Shown here piece after piece: positions 1-11,944 of a stretch of DNA of 64,000 bases (position 1 is the stretch's first letter; the number at the start of each line of letters is the position of its first letter). The notes under the pieces were generated by a model. That model worked only from the letters and a program-made list of their open reading frames with translations, had not been told where the DNA came from and made no database searches. The position numbers and the translations under genes were made by a program. Where the stretch lies: assembly GCA_963715645.1 (NCBI GenBank), contig OY970259.1:815889-879888 (forward strand). Reading direction: 5' to 3'. Origin of the DNA: an uncultured Thermoplasmata archaeon (lineage in GTDB: Archaea > Thermoplasmatota > Thermoplasmata > Lutacidiplasmatales > UBA184).

Positions 1-513
1 CACCGCAGGCGCGCCGGCGTCGGGGGCAGCCCCCACGCCCGCCGTGGAGGCCGCTGCCCCCCCAGTCTCGAACCCGTGGGGGGTCGAAGTGGTCGTCTCC
101 CCCTCGTACCTCCCCGCCCCTTCGGGAGTTCTTGGACATGACGGCGGCCGGGCATCGGGGTGTGGCGATGGTCACGGGAGTCGCCCGAGCGACTTCGGAC
201 CCACATCGGCCCGCGCCCTGCGGAGGTATACTGGCTCACCAACCTCGGCCGCGGCCTCACGATCAAGCCCAACGACCTACCGGCCTACGGTGCATTTCTC
301 GAGGCTTCGGTGGAACGGGACCGGGTCACCGCGTTCTTCCTGGAGGGGATCGAGTACCTCGTGCGACTCCATGGGATCGACCGGATGGTCGAACTCCTTG
401 CGGCGTTCCATCGGCAGGCCGTGGCCCACGAGGCTCGGGTATGGGTCTGCGTGCACCCGAACCTGATGGCCCCCGCCGACGTGGAGCGGCTCGTCGGAGC
501 ATTCGCCCATTAG
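1..513 (+). CDS. DUF835-type (inactive KaiC/RecA-like) domain protein, 5'-partial, apparent frameshifts near 120 and 175
   Basis: Joined frames read ...LREFLDMTAAGHRGVAMV-RESPERL...VYWLTNL...FFLEGIEYLVRLHG, the typical DUF835 pattern. Confidence 0.6.
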
Positions 514-924
514 CTGGGCCGCCGGGGAGACCGCCCCAGCTCGTGGAAGGGGGCGGAAAGGGTTGCCGGTCGAAGACGGGGAACGACGCCACGGGTAACT
601 TCCCACGACTGCCACTTCCGGCGGATCGCGACCACGAGGTTGCGCAGCATCGTGCCTCCCGAGGGCGCCCGAGGCCGGGGGCTCCTCGAAGGCGATTGCC
701 GAGGCGGGCGCGGTTCCTCGGGTCTCCGCAACGACGGTGACCGCCATGATCGACCGGGGCTGGGGGTCGCGGGCACCGGGTGGAATCGGAGCCCGCGCAC
801 AGGGTTCGCGCCGCGGCCCCGGATCAGCCGCCGGCGGCTGGTCGCCCTTCCGGGGGGGTCCTCCGCCCCGGGGGGAACGCGAGTCCGCAGGTTGAAGTCC
901 TCCGGCGGGGATGCTGCGCACATC

Positions 925-2062
925 GTGGTGGCCTCCGGCGAGCCTCCAATCCCGGGACCCGCCGCCTCCCCCCCTGGGGCCCGGACGACCGGTGTTGTCG
1001 CGGGCTTTCTCGGGTTTCTGCGGCGTCATCCGATTGTTTGCCTCGCCCTCCTGACCCCTGGGATCGTCGAGTATCTTTCCACCTCTAGCTCGATTCTGCT
1101 CCTCGTGGAATCCCCTCCGTTCTTCCTCCTCTTCCTCGCGGTGAACGTGGGCCAGTACACTGGGGGGGCGCTGCTCATTCGGGAGGCGATGATCCGATGG
1201 GGCAAGGGGTGGGCGAGCGTGGGCCTGCTCGGGCTCGCCTACGGGATCACCGAGGAAGGTTTGGGGGACAACACGTTGTTCCGCAACACCCAGCATGCCG
1301 ACGGCGTGCTCGGCTGGTACGGTCACTTCGTGGGGGTGAACTGGGTCTGGTCGGTCGGTGTTCTCTCCCTCCACGTGATCGTCTCCATCGCCCTGCCCAT
1401 CCTCCTCCTCGCTCTCGCCCTGCCCAAGACCCGCGGCCGCTCGTTGCTCGGGCCCCGGGGGGTCGTCCTCGCGTTCCTTTCGCTGGCCGGGGCGACCGTG
1501 TTCGAGACGTTCGTAGTGTTCCGACTCTATCACTTCTGGATGGGGTCAGCGCTGCTCGTCGGAAGCCTGGTGGCGATCGCTGCGCTCGTGGTCGCCGCGT
1601 ACCGTCTCCCATCCGATCTGGGGGCTCCGGACCGTCCCGCCCCCGCCGCAGGAGCCTCCGAGATGTTTGCCGTCGGATTCGTGTTCTTCGGGATCGCCCT
1701 CGTCCTCGAGTACGGCTCCGCCGCCTACGGGGTCCCGCCCGCCCTCGCGATCGCGGTCGAACTCGTCCTGCTCGCCAGCCTGGCCGCGTGGACGCGCCGG
1801 CGGATTGGGCGCACACGCAACGAGTACCTGCTCGTGAACCTCGCCTTCGGGTTCGTGATGTGGGAGGGTGCCTTCGGCGTACTGATCACGCTTGGGCTCC
1901 CGGTACACCCTCCCCTTGGTTGCGCTCGCGATCGTCTTCTTCTTGCGACTCCGACGCCAGTATCTTCCCTCTCCCGCAGAGGTCGCACCGCCTCCCCCCG
2001 GCGCGAGGGGCGAGCGAGGCTCGGTCGGCCAACCAGGGTGGGCGTCGAACCCACCGGTGTGA
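925..2062 (+). CDS. Multi-pass membrane protein of unknown function (frameshift near 1903; start approximate)
   Basis: Many hydrophobic segments (PGIVEYLSTSS..., GLAYGITEEGL); C-terminus continues in a shifted frame YTLPLVALAIVFFLR... to TGA at 2060-2062. Confidence 0.6.
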
Positions 2063-2229
2063 GACGCGAGCAGCCGAGCGAGCCGATTCGGCCGTCGGCA
2101 CCTTGGCCGGGCTTCTAGGATGGCCTGCGTGCCGGGACTCCGGTACGAGCCTGCTTCCGGCCCAGGGTGAGGGAAGCCGGGCGCAGCAGCCCTCGCTCAT
2201 CGGCCGAATGCGGGGACTTCTCAGCGAGC

Positions 2230-4342
2230 TCAGGGCACGATTGGTTCGGGCACTCGCCCGTCCGGAAGGAGGGGAAGCGACCGCAGGCGACAGCCGGTGG
2301 CATCGAAGATCGCATTGGCCACCGCCGGCGCCACGGCGATGACTGGTGTCTCTCCCGCCCCGGCCGGGGGCAGGTCATTCCGGTCGACCAGCTCCACCTC
2401 CAAGGTCGGCAGATCGGAGAATCGCGGTACGCGGTACTCCGACAGCCGTGGGTTTTGGACGACCCCCGCGTCGAACCGGACCGCTTCGAAGAGCGCTCCC
2501 CCGAGCGCCATCATCGCGGCGCCCTCCACCTGGCTGCGGAGGTTGTCGGGGTTTACCACGGCCCCCGCCTCGAACGCCGTCACCAGGCGGTCGACGTGCA
2601 GCCGACGATCGTCCTCGACGCTGACCTCGGCGATGGTGGCGACGCGGCTCCCCTTCTCGAAGCCCACGGCGAGGCCGAACCCCGTACCGGGCCGGGGCGT
2701 CCGGGAGGCCCAGCCGGCCCGGAGGGCCGCCCGGCGCAGCACCACCTTGAGACGCTCGTCCTCGAGGTTCAGCTCCCGGAGGGCCAGGGGATCCAGGCCG
2801 ACCCTGTGGGCGAGTTCGTCCATGACAGATTCGCGAGCAAAGTTGTTGGCGGTCGCTGCGAGCGCCCGGTAGGGGCCCTGGGGGAGCGGAGAGCGAGAGA
2901 GCTCGTTGTCGACCCGTTGGTGGGCGACCCGGTACGGTGGCAGCAACGCCGCGGCTCCGCCATTCACGTTGTGGAAGACCCAGGCCTCGAGCTGGCCGTC
3001 CGCCGCAGCGCCCAACCGCACGTCGATGACCGACATGGGCCGGAGATAGGCGTAGCGGAACTCTTCTTCTCGGGTGAACGCGACCCGAACCGGCCGTCCG
3101 GCCGCGCGGGCCAGGCGGGCAGCGGCCGAGGAGATCTCCCCGCCATGTTTTCCCCCGAATCCGGCCCCGGTCGGGGGGACGATCACGCGAATGTCCTCCA
3201 CCGGCACGTGGAGGTCCTCGGCGACTTGGTCGCGGGTCCGAAACGGAGTCTGGGTCCCCACCCACACGGTGAGACGAGAGGCCTCCCATTCGGCGAGCGC
3301 GCAGTGAGGCTCGAGGGGGATGTGGGCGATGTAGGCGGTTCGGAAGGTGGCTTCCAAGGACACGCATGCATGGGAGAGGGCCGCGTCGGCGTCCCCCACG
3401 ATGCTCTCGTCGGTGTCCCACGCGTCTCCCTCGAGCGGGTGGGATTGCAGGTATCCCTCGATCTCCTTCTCGGCCGGCTGGGGAACGGGCATCCACTTCG
3501 CCAGGACCTCTGCGAGGGCCGCCCGTGCCTCGGGCGCGCTGGCGGCGGCGACGCCGACGAAGTCGCCCTCGTGCACGACCGTTACTCCCGGTCGGTCCCG
3601 GGCCGCTTCGAGGTCGACGTCGACGAGGCGGGCCCCGTAGGTCGGCGGCCAGAGGACCACTCCGTGAAGCATGTTCGGGCGGCGGAGGTCCGAAACGTAG
3701 ACCCGCCGACCCGTGACGACATCCGGGGCCCCGAGGTCCCCCGTGGCGCGCCCGGAGCGTTCCCATCGGGATGCCAGCATGGTCGGGGTCTCGGGGTCCA
3801 CCATCTCGAGCCGGTTGCGGTCTCGTACGAGCTCGGAGTAGCTCACTCCCCGGGGAGCGCCGCGCACGCGGACCGTGCCGTCGATCGCTTCCAGCTCGTC
3901 CCGCGGTCGACGGCTCTGCTGGCTGGCGAGAGAGATGAGGCATTCGCGGGCGCCGGCGGCCGCCCGTGCGAGCGCAGGAAAAGCATCGGGCATCGAGCGG
4001 CTGCCGAAGGTCCCCATGTCCCACGGACAAAGGTCGGTGTCGGCCATCACCAGGTCGACCCGCGGGACCGGAAACGCGCAGCTCCTCCGCGACGACCAGG
4101 GTGAGGGCAGTGCGGGTACCTTGGCCGACTTCCGCCTTTCCGGTGAACGCGCGGATCCCCCCGTCCGCCCCGACGTGGACCCAGGCCCCACCGGTCGGAG
4201 GACGCCACTCCGACGCACCAGGAGTTCGGGGGGTTCGAGGGAGGAGCACGGCGACGAGGCCCGGACCAAGGATGTCGAAATACTCGCGGTCCGCGACCGC
4301 CGTCTTGTCCCACGGAAGACGCGGGCGGCGGAGCTCGGTCAT
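2230..4342 (-). CDS. Xanthine dehydrogenase-family molybdopterin-binding large subunit (IorB/aldehyde oxidoreductase-like), frameshift near 4075
   Basis: GKAEVGQG, DMGTFGSRS, GAGFGGK, QVEGA, GAGET motifs; ATGA overlap with upstream 2Fe-2S gene. Confidence 0.9.
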
Positions 4343-4827
4343 GCTTCCCCCCCCTTCCCTCGTGTAAGCTCCGCCGCGCGCTGGACGGCGGCAAGGATAC
4401 GGGCGTACCCCCCACACCGACAGACGTTCCCTTCCAGCGCGGCACAGACCTCTTGCCGCAAGGGAGCAGGGCGGCTCCGGAGCAAGGCGGTCGCAGCGAC
4501 GACCATGCCGGGGGTGCAGTACCCGCACTGGAAGGCCCCCAGATCGACGAACGCCTGCTGGACTGGGTTCAGCACACCGTCCGTCTCGAGACCCTCGACG
4601 GTCGTGACCTCGCGAGGCCCGACCTCTCGCACCCGCACTTGGCAGGCGCGAACCGGTGCGCCGTCGAGGAGGACCGTGCACGAACCGCACTCGCCCTCCC
4701 CGCACCCGTACTTGGTCCCCGTCAGCCCGAGCTCGTTGCGAAGCACCACGAGGAGAGGGCGGTCGGGGTCGCGGGGCACGGCCCGGAGGCTCCCGTTGAC
4801 CTTCAACCGGATATTCGAAGGGGTCAT
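4339..4827 (-). CDS. (2Fe-2S)-binding small subunit of Mo-hydroxylase (CoxS/IorA family)
   Basis: GTKYGCGEGECGSCTV, QCGYCTPG, GNVCRCGGY. Confidence 0.95.
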   Translation of the reverse strand: MTPSNIRLKVNGSLRAVPRDPDRPLLVVLRNELGLTGTKYGCGEGECGSCTVLLDGAPVRACQVRVREVGPREVTTVEGLETDGVLNPVQQAFVDLGAFQCGYCTPGMVVAATALLRSRPAPLRQEVCAALEGNVCRCGGYARILAAVQRAAELTRGKGGEA

Positions 4828-5028
4828 GCCGGAACCACCCGCCCGAGCGCCCGTTGGACCTCAGGCCACAGATGCGGGCGTCTCACGACCGGAGGCATGG
4901 GCTTCGCGGGCGGGGTCTCGGAGCCTTCAACCGCTCATATCCTGCGCCCCGAAGGCGGGTCGCACTCCCCTCTGCTCCGGGCGAGAGCGGGTGCGCCGCG
5001 TCCTCTCGACGCGGTCCCCCCAACGACC

Positions 5029-7042
5029 CTAGCCCGGGAGCGGAAGGGGGGTGCCTCCCAGGCTAGCCAGGAGGGCATCCGCTGTCCGCCACGCGAGCGC
5101 CAGGATCGACATCATGGGGTTCGCTCCCGGCGCGGAGGGGAGCAGGCTCCCGTCACCGATCCAGAGCCCCTCCACCCCATGGACCTCACCCGTCGGCCGG
5201 GCCGCCGAGCGGCGAAGGTCGGTACCCGCTCTCGCAGAACCCATCGGGTGCGCCGAGAAGAGCGCCACCGAGTTCTCTCGTATCCCCCGCGCTTGCAGTT
5301 CCGCGATGAACGCGTCCAGTCCCGCGGACGAAACCGGCTGCGTGCCGTCCCCCGCCTCGATCTGGGGAGTGTGGAGCGACGTGATCCGGACGGCGCCGGC
5401 CGCCCGAAGAATCCGGGCGGTCTCGACCATCCCGCGGACGAGGTTCTGCCGGTCCCGGCGTGTCAGGGCGTAGTGGAAGGCCGGCCGTCCGTCCCGGTCG
5501 ATCGTCACGCACCCCTCGCCGACGTCCCGCACGAGGACGATTGGCGTCGAGACCCGCTCGATCCGCTCCAGCTGGTGTCGATAGGCGTCCGCCCCCTCCC
5601 AGGGAAGGGCGATGGCGGCGAGGCCCGGATGCGACGGGGCCACCTCGATCCAGGGACCGTGGGCGCCTTCGTCCGTCGGTCTGGAACCGGTAGACGCCTA
5701 CCGTCTGGTGCGGTCCCTCCCAGGTGCGCACCGAGAACGGAAACTCGCCGGCGAGCGCGGTCGTCGGGTCGAGGCGCAACCCGACCCCGACCCCGGGGAA
5801 TCGGATCCCCGAGCGGAGCAACAGCGCCGGGGTCTGCAGCGCTCCTCCCGCCACGACCACCGCCCGCGCCCGCACGTGAACCCGGTGCCTTCGCATCCCG
5901 TCATGGTAGGTCGCATGCACCCCGCGGACCCGACCCTCTTCGACCTCGATACCCTCCGCCCGGGTGGACGCGTAGAGTCTCGCTCCCTGAGCGAGAGCAT
6001 CGGCGAGGAACGTCGTGAGCGTCGACTGCCGGGCCGCGTAGGGGCAGCCGAAGGTGCAGAAGCCGCAGCGAGAACGGCAGCCTACGGCGTTGCGCGCGAG
6101 GATGTCCCAATCGACCCCTTTCTGGTAACCCAGGGCCAGGCAGCCCCGTCGAAGGACATCGTTCGAGACGTTGACGTCGCTCTCCAGCGTGGAGACCCGG
6201 AGGCGGTCGGAGACCTGACGGAACGCCCGATTCGAAATCGGGTCCATCGACCCCGACCATCCCGCCGTCCCCCGCCCACTCAGCGCGGGCTTCGGGGCGG
6301 GGAGGCAAACAGGTCATCCAGTTGATCGCGGTGCCGCCTCCGACCGTCTCCCCGGCGAGGATCCCTATCGAGTGTTCCGTGTTCGTGATGATCCCCCGCC
6401 CCACGAAGAGTCGGTCGTGGGCCTCGCGTTCTATCCGGGGATAGCCCAGCCGGGGGACCCACTCCCCCGCCTCAAGCACCACCACCCGATAGCCCCCCGC
6501 GGCGGCGCGGGCCGCCACTACGCTCCCGCCGGCTCCGCTGCCGACCACGCAGACGTCCGCGACATCCTCGGTGTCAGCCTCGGGTCGAACGGGACGGACT
6601 CCCGCGAGCGGGTCCGGGGGGTCTTCCGGCAGCGGAGGAGGCTGGTAGTGGAGACGCTCCCACAGGGGGTGCGACGTGCCCGCCGTGGGTCGAGAGAAGT
6701 AGATCCCCCCGCTAGGCGTTTGACTGCGTGGAATCCCTTACGTTTGACCCCGAGTCGACTGCGGGACCACGCCCGCAGATACCTTTCTCGTTCGGCGGGC
6801 TCCAGCCGCGTGAAGCGGACCGGACGACCCGAGAGCAAGAAGTTAATCGCCCGACTCTCCACCGCCCCGAGCAGGGTATCGAATTCGGCGCGTTCGGCCC
6901 CGGGTAGTCCCTCCACCATCTCGGCGACGTCCCGGTCCACACCTACCGTGCTGGCCGCAGGATAGTCACTGGCGCCGTTCTGGGCGCTTGCCCGGGGGAG
7001 GAGCGTATCGACCAAGGCCGTGAGCGCCGGTGCAATCGGCAC
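5029..7042 (-). CDS. GMC-family FAD oxidoreductase (long-chain alcohol oxidase-like), split by about 3 frameshifts
   Basis: VVGSGAGG FAD motif, GETVGGGTAINW, CGFCTFGCP, SAHPMGS, PGANPMMSI across four ORF pieces. Confidence 0.85.
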
Positions 7043-7179
7043 GACCGGCCCGAGGTCCAGGTCCTATTTCGGCCCCTCGGTCCTCCGTCCCAGGCGGCGC
7101 AGACGGAGTCTCACCCGCGAACCGGGGCCCCGGGCGGCGGTCGTCGAGCGAGGAGGGTCGAGACAGAGGCATTTAGGGA

Positions 7180-8887
7180 GTGGCGTCCCCTGATATTCCC
7201 GAACCTCCGATGTCCGTCCGACGTTTCGACCTCCGCGCCCCCGCCTGGTTCCGACGAGTCGTCTTCTACGAGCTTCCCGTCCGCACCTTCCGCGACAGCA
7301 ACGGGGACGGGATTGGCGACCTGCCCGGGGTTGTGGAGAAGCTCGACTACCTTCGCGATCTCGGGATCGGGGCGATCTGGCTCCTTCCGTTCTATCAGTC
7401 ACCCTGGCGGGACGACGGGTACGACATCAGCGATCATTACACGGTCGACCCCCGCCTCGGGACGGTCGAGGACCTCAACGTGCTGGTCGAGGGAGCCCAC
7501 GCCCGGGGGATGCGGGTGATCGGGGACCTCGTCTCGAATCACGTGTCCGACCAGCATCCGTGGTTCCAGGAAGCCCGGCGGGACCGAAGCTCTCCTCGTC
7601 GCGCCTGGTTCCTCTGGTCCGACACCGGGAAGGAGTTCTCACGGGCCCGCAACATGTTCCCGGGGGCTGTCGCGTCGAATTGGACCTGGGACGACCTCGC
7701 CGGCCAGGTACTATTTCCACCGATTCTTCTCGTGGCAGCCTGACCTCAATTACGACGCCCCGGCCGTGCGCGCGGAGATCGTCAATGTGGCTCGCTTTTG
7801 GCTCGCGCGCGGGCTCGACGGCTTCCGGTGCGACGCCGTGCCGTATCTCGTAAAACGGGAGGGTACAGCGTGCCAGAGTCTCCCCGAGGTGCACCACTTC
7901 TTCCAGGAGATTCGGGCGATGATGGACGCCGAGTTTCCGGGCACCGTCCTCGTCGCCGAGGCGAACCAGTCGGTTCCCGAGACGGTCGCCTACTTCGACC
8001 AGGGGCGGGAGTTCCACATGGCGATGCATTTTCCGATGATGCCGAACTTCTTCCTCGCCCTCGCGGAGAACAACCCCCGTCGCGTCCTCGACGTCCTTCG
8101 GGCCACCCTTCCCGGGGTCCCCCCGGAATGCGGCTGGGCGTACTTCCTGAGGAACCATGACGAGCTCACGCTCGACCGGGTGAGCGAGGAGGAGCGCGCG
8201 CTCTTCCTGCGCTTCTACGATCCGGGGCGCGGCTGGGAAATCTACGCGGGTCTCCGCCGGCGACTCGCTCCGCTCGTCGGCGGGGACGACGAATCGGTCC
8301 TCCTGCTTACGGCGCTCATCCTCGCGCTGCCCGGGTCCCCCTATCTCTACTACGGCGACGAGATTGGCATGGGCGATCGCCTGGACCTGCCCGACCGCGA
8401 TCCGGTCCGCACCCCGATGCAGTGGACCGATGGTCCCACCGCCGGATTCTCGGACGGCCTCCCGGAGACCCTGACCCGGCCGCTCGTGAACGACCCCGCG
8501 TTCGCGCCGGCCGCTCGGAACGTCGCGGAGCAGGAAGGTCGCATCGGCTCGCTGCTCGCGCGGATGCGGATGTTGCTCCGCGAACGAGGCGCCCACGCGA
8601 CCATCTTTGGTTTGGAGCGCTTCACGGGGATCGACCTCGGGAGGTCTCCGGTCCTCGGCTTCTGGAGACCGGGCGGCGAGTACCAGGTTCTCTGCCTCTA
8701 CAATTTTTCCGAGGAGCCCACCTCCGGGGAGATCCCCCTCCCTCCCTCGGTGTGGGCATCTCCGGTCGAGCTCATCCGAGGGGGTTCGATGTCCACGCTC
8801 GATGACGAAGTGTACCGTTTCCGTCTCGCCCGTCGCGGGTTCTCCTGGACGCTATTCCCCGTCCGGTCTACGCCAGTCCCTGCGTGA
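7180..8887 (+). CDS. treS: Trehalose synthase / maltose alpha-D-glucosyltransferase (GH13), frameshift near 7708
   Basis: DSNGDGIGD, DDGYDISD, GFRCDAVPYL, AEANQ, FLRNHDELTL, RDPVRTPMQW. Confidence 0.85.
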
Positions 8888-8959
8888 CCCCGCCCTCGGA
8901 GCGCGAATCGTCGCAGGTCGACCGGACGTACCCTCAGGTCGGACCGAGGGGAGGACCGG

Positions 8960-9712
8960 TTAGAGTGGGACGCGCCCCAAGATCTTGGAGCCGTTCTCGT
9001 AGCCGAGGACCTCGAACCCATAACCGGTCCCGGCGAGCGAAGGGTTGGTGACGAGGGTCAGGATGGAGCCGTTCTGGATCCCAATATTCCACGAGGTATT
9101 GGTGACGGACTTCCACAGCTGGGCGTAGGTATACGTGACGAGATTGGTGCCGTTCGGGTCGGCGAGAACTGCGTACCAACGTGCCGATGTGCTTGGGGCG
9201 GCCCCGGCGCACAGGTCGGAAGGGGTCGCGCTCGGGACTACGCCAGCGTCGCCGACGACGTCCCCGTCCCCGATCTGATAGACGCTCACATCTACGTCCG
9301 CCGTGGTGACCGGGAGCGTGGAACTCGACCAGGGGATGCGTTCGGCGTACGCAGTTCCGCCACCCCCGCACGCGAGCGAGGTCACCGTCGGGGTGCCAAA
9401 ACTGACAGAGATGGGCGGGCCGTACGCCTGGCCCGGGGGCGCCGAGCTCGCTGGGGGCGTCGGTCGAGCGGTCGCGATCACGTAGACCGCCAGGAGGAGG
9501 ACCGCGACCGCGATGGCCTCCACGACCAGGTCCGTTCGGGCCTTCCGTCGCTCGGCACGGTCCCGCCGGAGCGCGCTCGCGCGACCGCGCGACGAGGCCG
9601 ACCGGGTCGATGCGGCCGGCCGTGACACGCCGGCGGAACCGTCGGGATCCTTCCCCGGGAGCGAACCGGCAGCTCGTGATCCGGGTGGCTGAGGTCCCGC
9701 CGGCTCCGTCAT
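8960..9712 (-). CDS. Membrane-anchored secreted protein, possibly archaeal type IV pilin-like
   Basis: Basic N-region (RRDRAERRKAR), one hydrophobic helix, beta-rich Ser/Thr/Gly ectodomain with two Cys; ATGA overlap with ABC ATPase stop. Confidence 0.55.
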   Translation of the reverse strand: MTEPAGPQPPGSRAAGSLPGKDPDGSAGVSRPAASTRSASSRGRASALRRDRAERRKARTDLVVEAIAVAVLLLAVYVIATARPTPPASSAPPGQAYGPPISVSFGTPTVTSLACGGGGTAYAERIPWSSSTLPVTTADVDVSVYQIGDGDVVGDAGVVPSATPSDLCAGAAPSTSARWYAVLADPNGTNLVTYTYAQLWKSVTNTSWNIGIQNGSILTLVTNPSLAGTGYGFEVLGYENGSKILGRVPL

Positions 9713-10638
9713 GAGGCATCGGCGGTGTTCGGGAACAGCTCGAGGTACGCCTCCTCGAGCACCAGGGAGGTGCTGGCGAACTGGAGCACCGGGGCGACCC
9801 CCTGGCATAACTGGAGGAGGCGGCTTCGGGTTTCCTCGCTCCCGTCGAACGAGAGCCGCCAGCGGGTCCCGGAGATCACGGTTACGTCGGTTGCGGGAGG
9901 GCGGAGCCTGGCCGTGGCGTCGGGCGCGACGGGTCGGGCGAATTCGACGTCCACCTGTCGGGAGCGGATCCTGCCGGCAACGCGGTCGACCCGGTCCCTG
10001 AGAAGGACCTTGCCCTCGTGGAGGAAGACCAGCTCGTCGCACACCTCCGTGACCTCGAGCATCTGGTGGGAGCTCATGAGGATAAGGTGGTCTCGCTTGA
10101 GCCGGTTCAGCAGGCCCCGCACGGTAACGCGCTCGGCAGGGTCTAGGCCGCTGGTCGGCTCATCGAGCAGCAGCACCGAGGGGTCCCCCATCAGCGCGGA
10201 GGCGATGGCGACGCGCTGCCGTTGACCCTTGGAGAGCCAACCGATCCGGTGATCAAGGGGCGGCAGGTCGAGGAGCTCGTGGCAGCGGTCCACCTCTCGG
10301 TCCACGTCCTCGGTGGAAAGGCCTCGGGAACGCCCGACGGTGTCCAGGGCCTCATGGACATTGAGGGTGGGGTACGGCTCGGGCGTTTCGATCAGCGCCC
10401 CCACGTCCCACAGCGCTCCTTTCCGGTCGACCATCGGGTCGATCTCGTTCAGGAAGGCATGTCCTCGGGTCGGTCGAAGGAGACCGACGAGGAGCTTCAG
10501 CGTCGTGGTCTTCCCCGCGCCGTTCGGACCGAGGCATCCGATGGCCCCCGCGTCGTCGTAACGGAACGTGAGGTCGGTCAGGATCGGCGCACCGGCCCGG
10601 AACGACTTCGACAGCGCGGAGACCTCGAAGGAGCTCAT
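9709..10638 (-). CDS. ABC transporter ATP-binding protein (ABC-2 exporter type)
   Basis: GPNGAGKTT, LSKGQRQR, LLLDEPTSGLD, SSH. Confidence 0.95.
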   Translation of the reverse strand: MSSFEVSALSKSFRAGAPILTDLTFRYDDAGAIGCLGPNGAGKTTTLKLLVGLLRPTRGHAFLNEIDPMVDRKGALWDVGALIETPEPYPTLNVHEALDTVGRSRGLSTEDVDREVDRCHELLDLPPLDHRIGWLSKGQRQRVAIASALMGDPSVLLLDEPTSGLDPAERVTVRGLLNRLKRDHLILMSSHQMLEVTEVCDELVFLHEGKVLLRDRVDRVAGRIRSRQVDVEFARPVAPDATARLRPPATDVTVISGTRWRLSFDGSEETRSRLLQLCQGVAPVLQFASTSLVLEEAYLELFPNTADAS

Positions 10639-10641
10639 GGA

Positions 10642-11532
10642 TCAGCCGCTGGACTCCTTGCGTTGGTAGAGGAACGCGGTCAGGGGCAAGAAGATGGCCA
10701 TGTAGCCGACCATGATGGCGAGGCCTTCGGTCACCGAGGCGCTCCAGAGGGTGTAGTATTGATCCTCCCCGAGCGGGATGGTCTGGAAGTGGATGAAGTC
10801 GGTATCGAGGATCGCGGCCATCGCTCCCCCAGCGTACGTTAGCGAGAACCACGGCTCGAATCCCCGCTAGCTCGACCACTCCCTGCAAGGTCGTGAACCC
10901 CACGTAGAGGGCAAGTACGGTGATGAGAACGCCTGCAGCGGGCGAGCGGACGAAGGCGCTCACGCAAAAGGCGACGCTGAGGGCGGCGAGAGCGAAGACC
11001 GCGGCCAGCCCGAGGGAGGTCGCCAGCAGGTTCCACGGAACCGCATTGACCCCGAAGAAGTAGACGGCCCCCACGGTCCCGAAGACGTAGTACACTCGCG
11101 ACGACCGAGAGCGTGACCAGGGTCGCGGCGGTGTAGCGGCCGGCGAGGAGCACCGACCGCCGAACGGGGAGGACGAGGATGTAGTGCCCCTGCGCCGGTC
11201 GAGAAGTCGACGCTCAACGCATCCCCCCCGAAGAACGCCGCCGCCAGGATGACCCAGAGCCCCGTGTACGCGAGGAAGTTACTGAGGTACTCGGAACTGC
11301 GATAGAGCTGCTGAACGCGGACCGCGGCGACCCCGGCATCGATCTGGAAGACGAGCGAAAGCGTCGAGATCAGGACGACGAAGCCCAACAGGCCGAGGAA
11401 TCGGTTGGTTCGCAAGTAGTTCTGAAGCTGGTGAACCGTGAGGATGCGCCAATGCTCGAAATCCGACACCTGATGGCGCGAAACCGGTCCGACCGCCTCG
11501 GTGCCGGTCGAGTCGGATTCAGCAACGCTCAC
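10642..11532 (-). CDS. ABC-2 type permease, about 3 frameshifts
   Basis: About 6 TM segments, FGGDALSVDFSTG motif, adjacent to ABC ATPase; ends FLYQRKESSG*. Confidence 0.8.
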
Positions 11533-11944
11533 GCTGGCCCCCGTCCGCTCACCCGAGCGCTCTGTGCCAGCTCTCTACAACGAGCGCGGGCGAGTCGCGC
11601 ACGGCACGGTGGCCCTGCGAACAGACGGTAAAACAGCCGCGGCCCCGCACTTAAATCTTGTGCCGCATCGAGGTGGAAAACGGGTCGCGAGATGCTTTCC
11701 TCGGACGACGAGCGCGGGGAGAGATCCGAGTGCCGGCCGCCTCCGTGGGTCCCGCCAGGGACCGCGTGGCTGGGGCCCGAGCGTCGCGCGCACCGGCCCC
11801 GGATCCGCGCGGTACTTCGTCACGCCGGCTTCGGCTGTACCACAAGGTTGATAGTCCTCGGGCCGGATGCAGGAGCGAACGACACATCTCGACGGCGGCG
11901 GCGCCAGCACCTGCGGGCCGTCTCCGATCGATCGCGGAACTGGA

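Noticed and set aside
510..747. Possible small minus-strand protein (MAVTVVAE...RRKWQSW...)
   Set aside because: Requires a frameshift and has no recognisable motif, so it cannot be supported
2167..4104. Long antisense/alternate-frame ORFs (also 32030-33781, 52948-55098, 57417-59090 and others)
   Set aside because: Shadow ORFs expected from stop-codon scarcity at high GC; they overlap well-supported genes and carry no motifs
4830..5028. Moco riboswitch upstream of the Mo-hydroxylase
   Set aside because: Only a short CTCCGAG match; other conserved elements are absent
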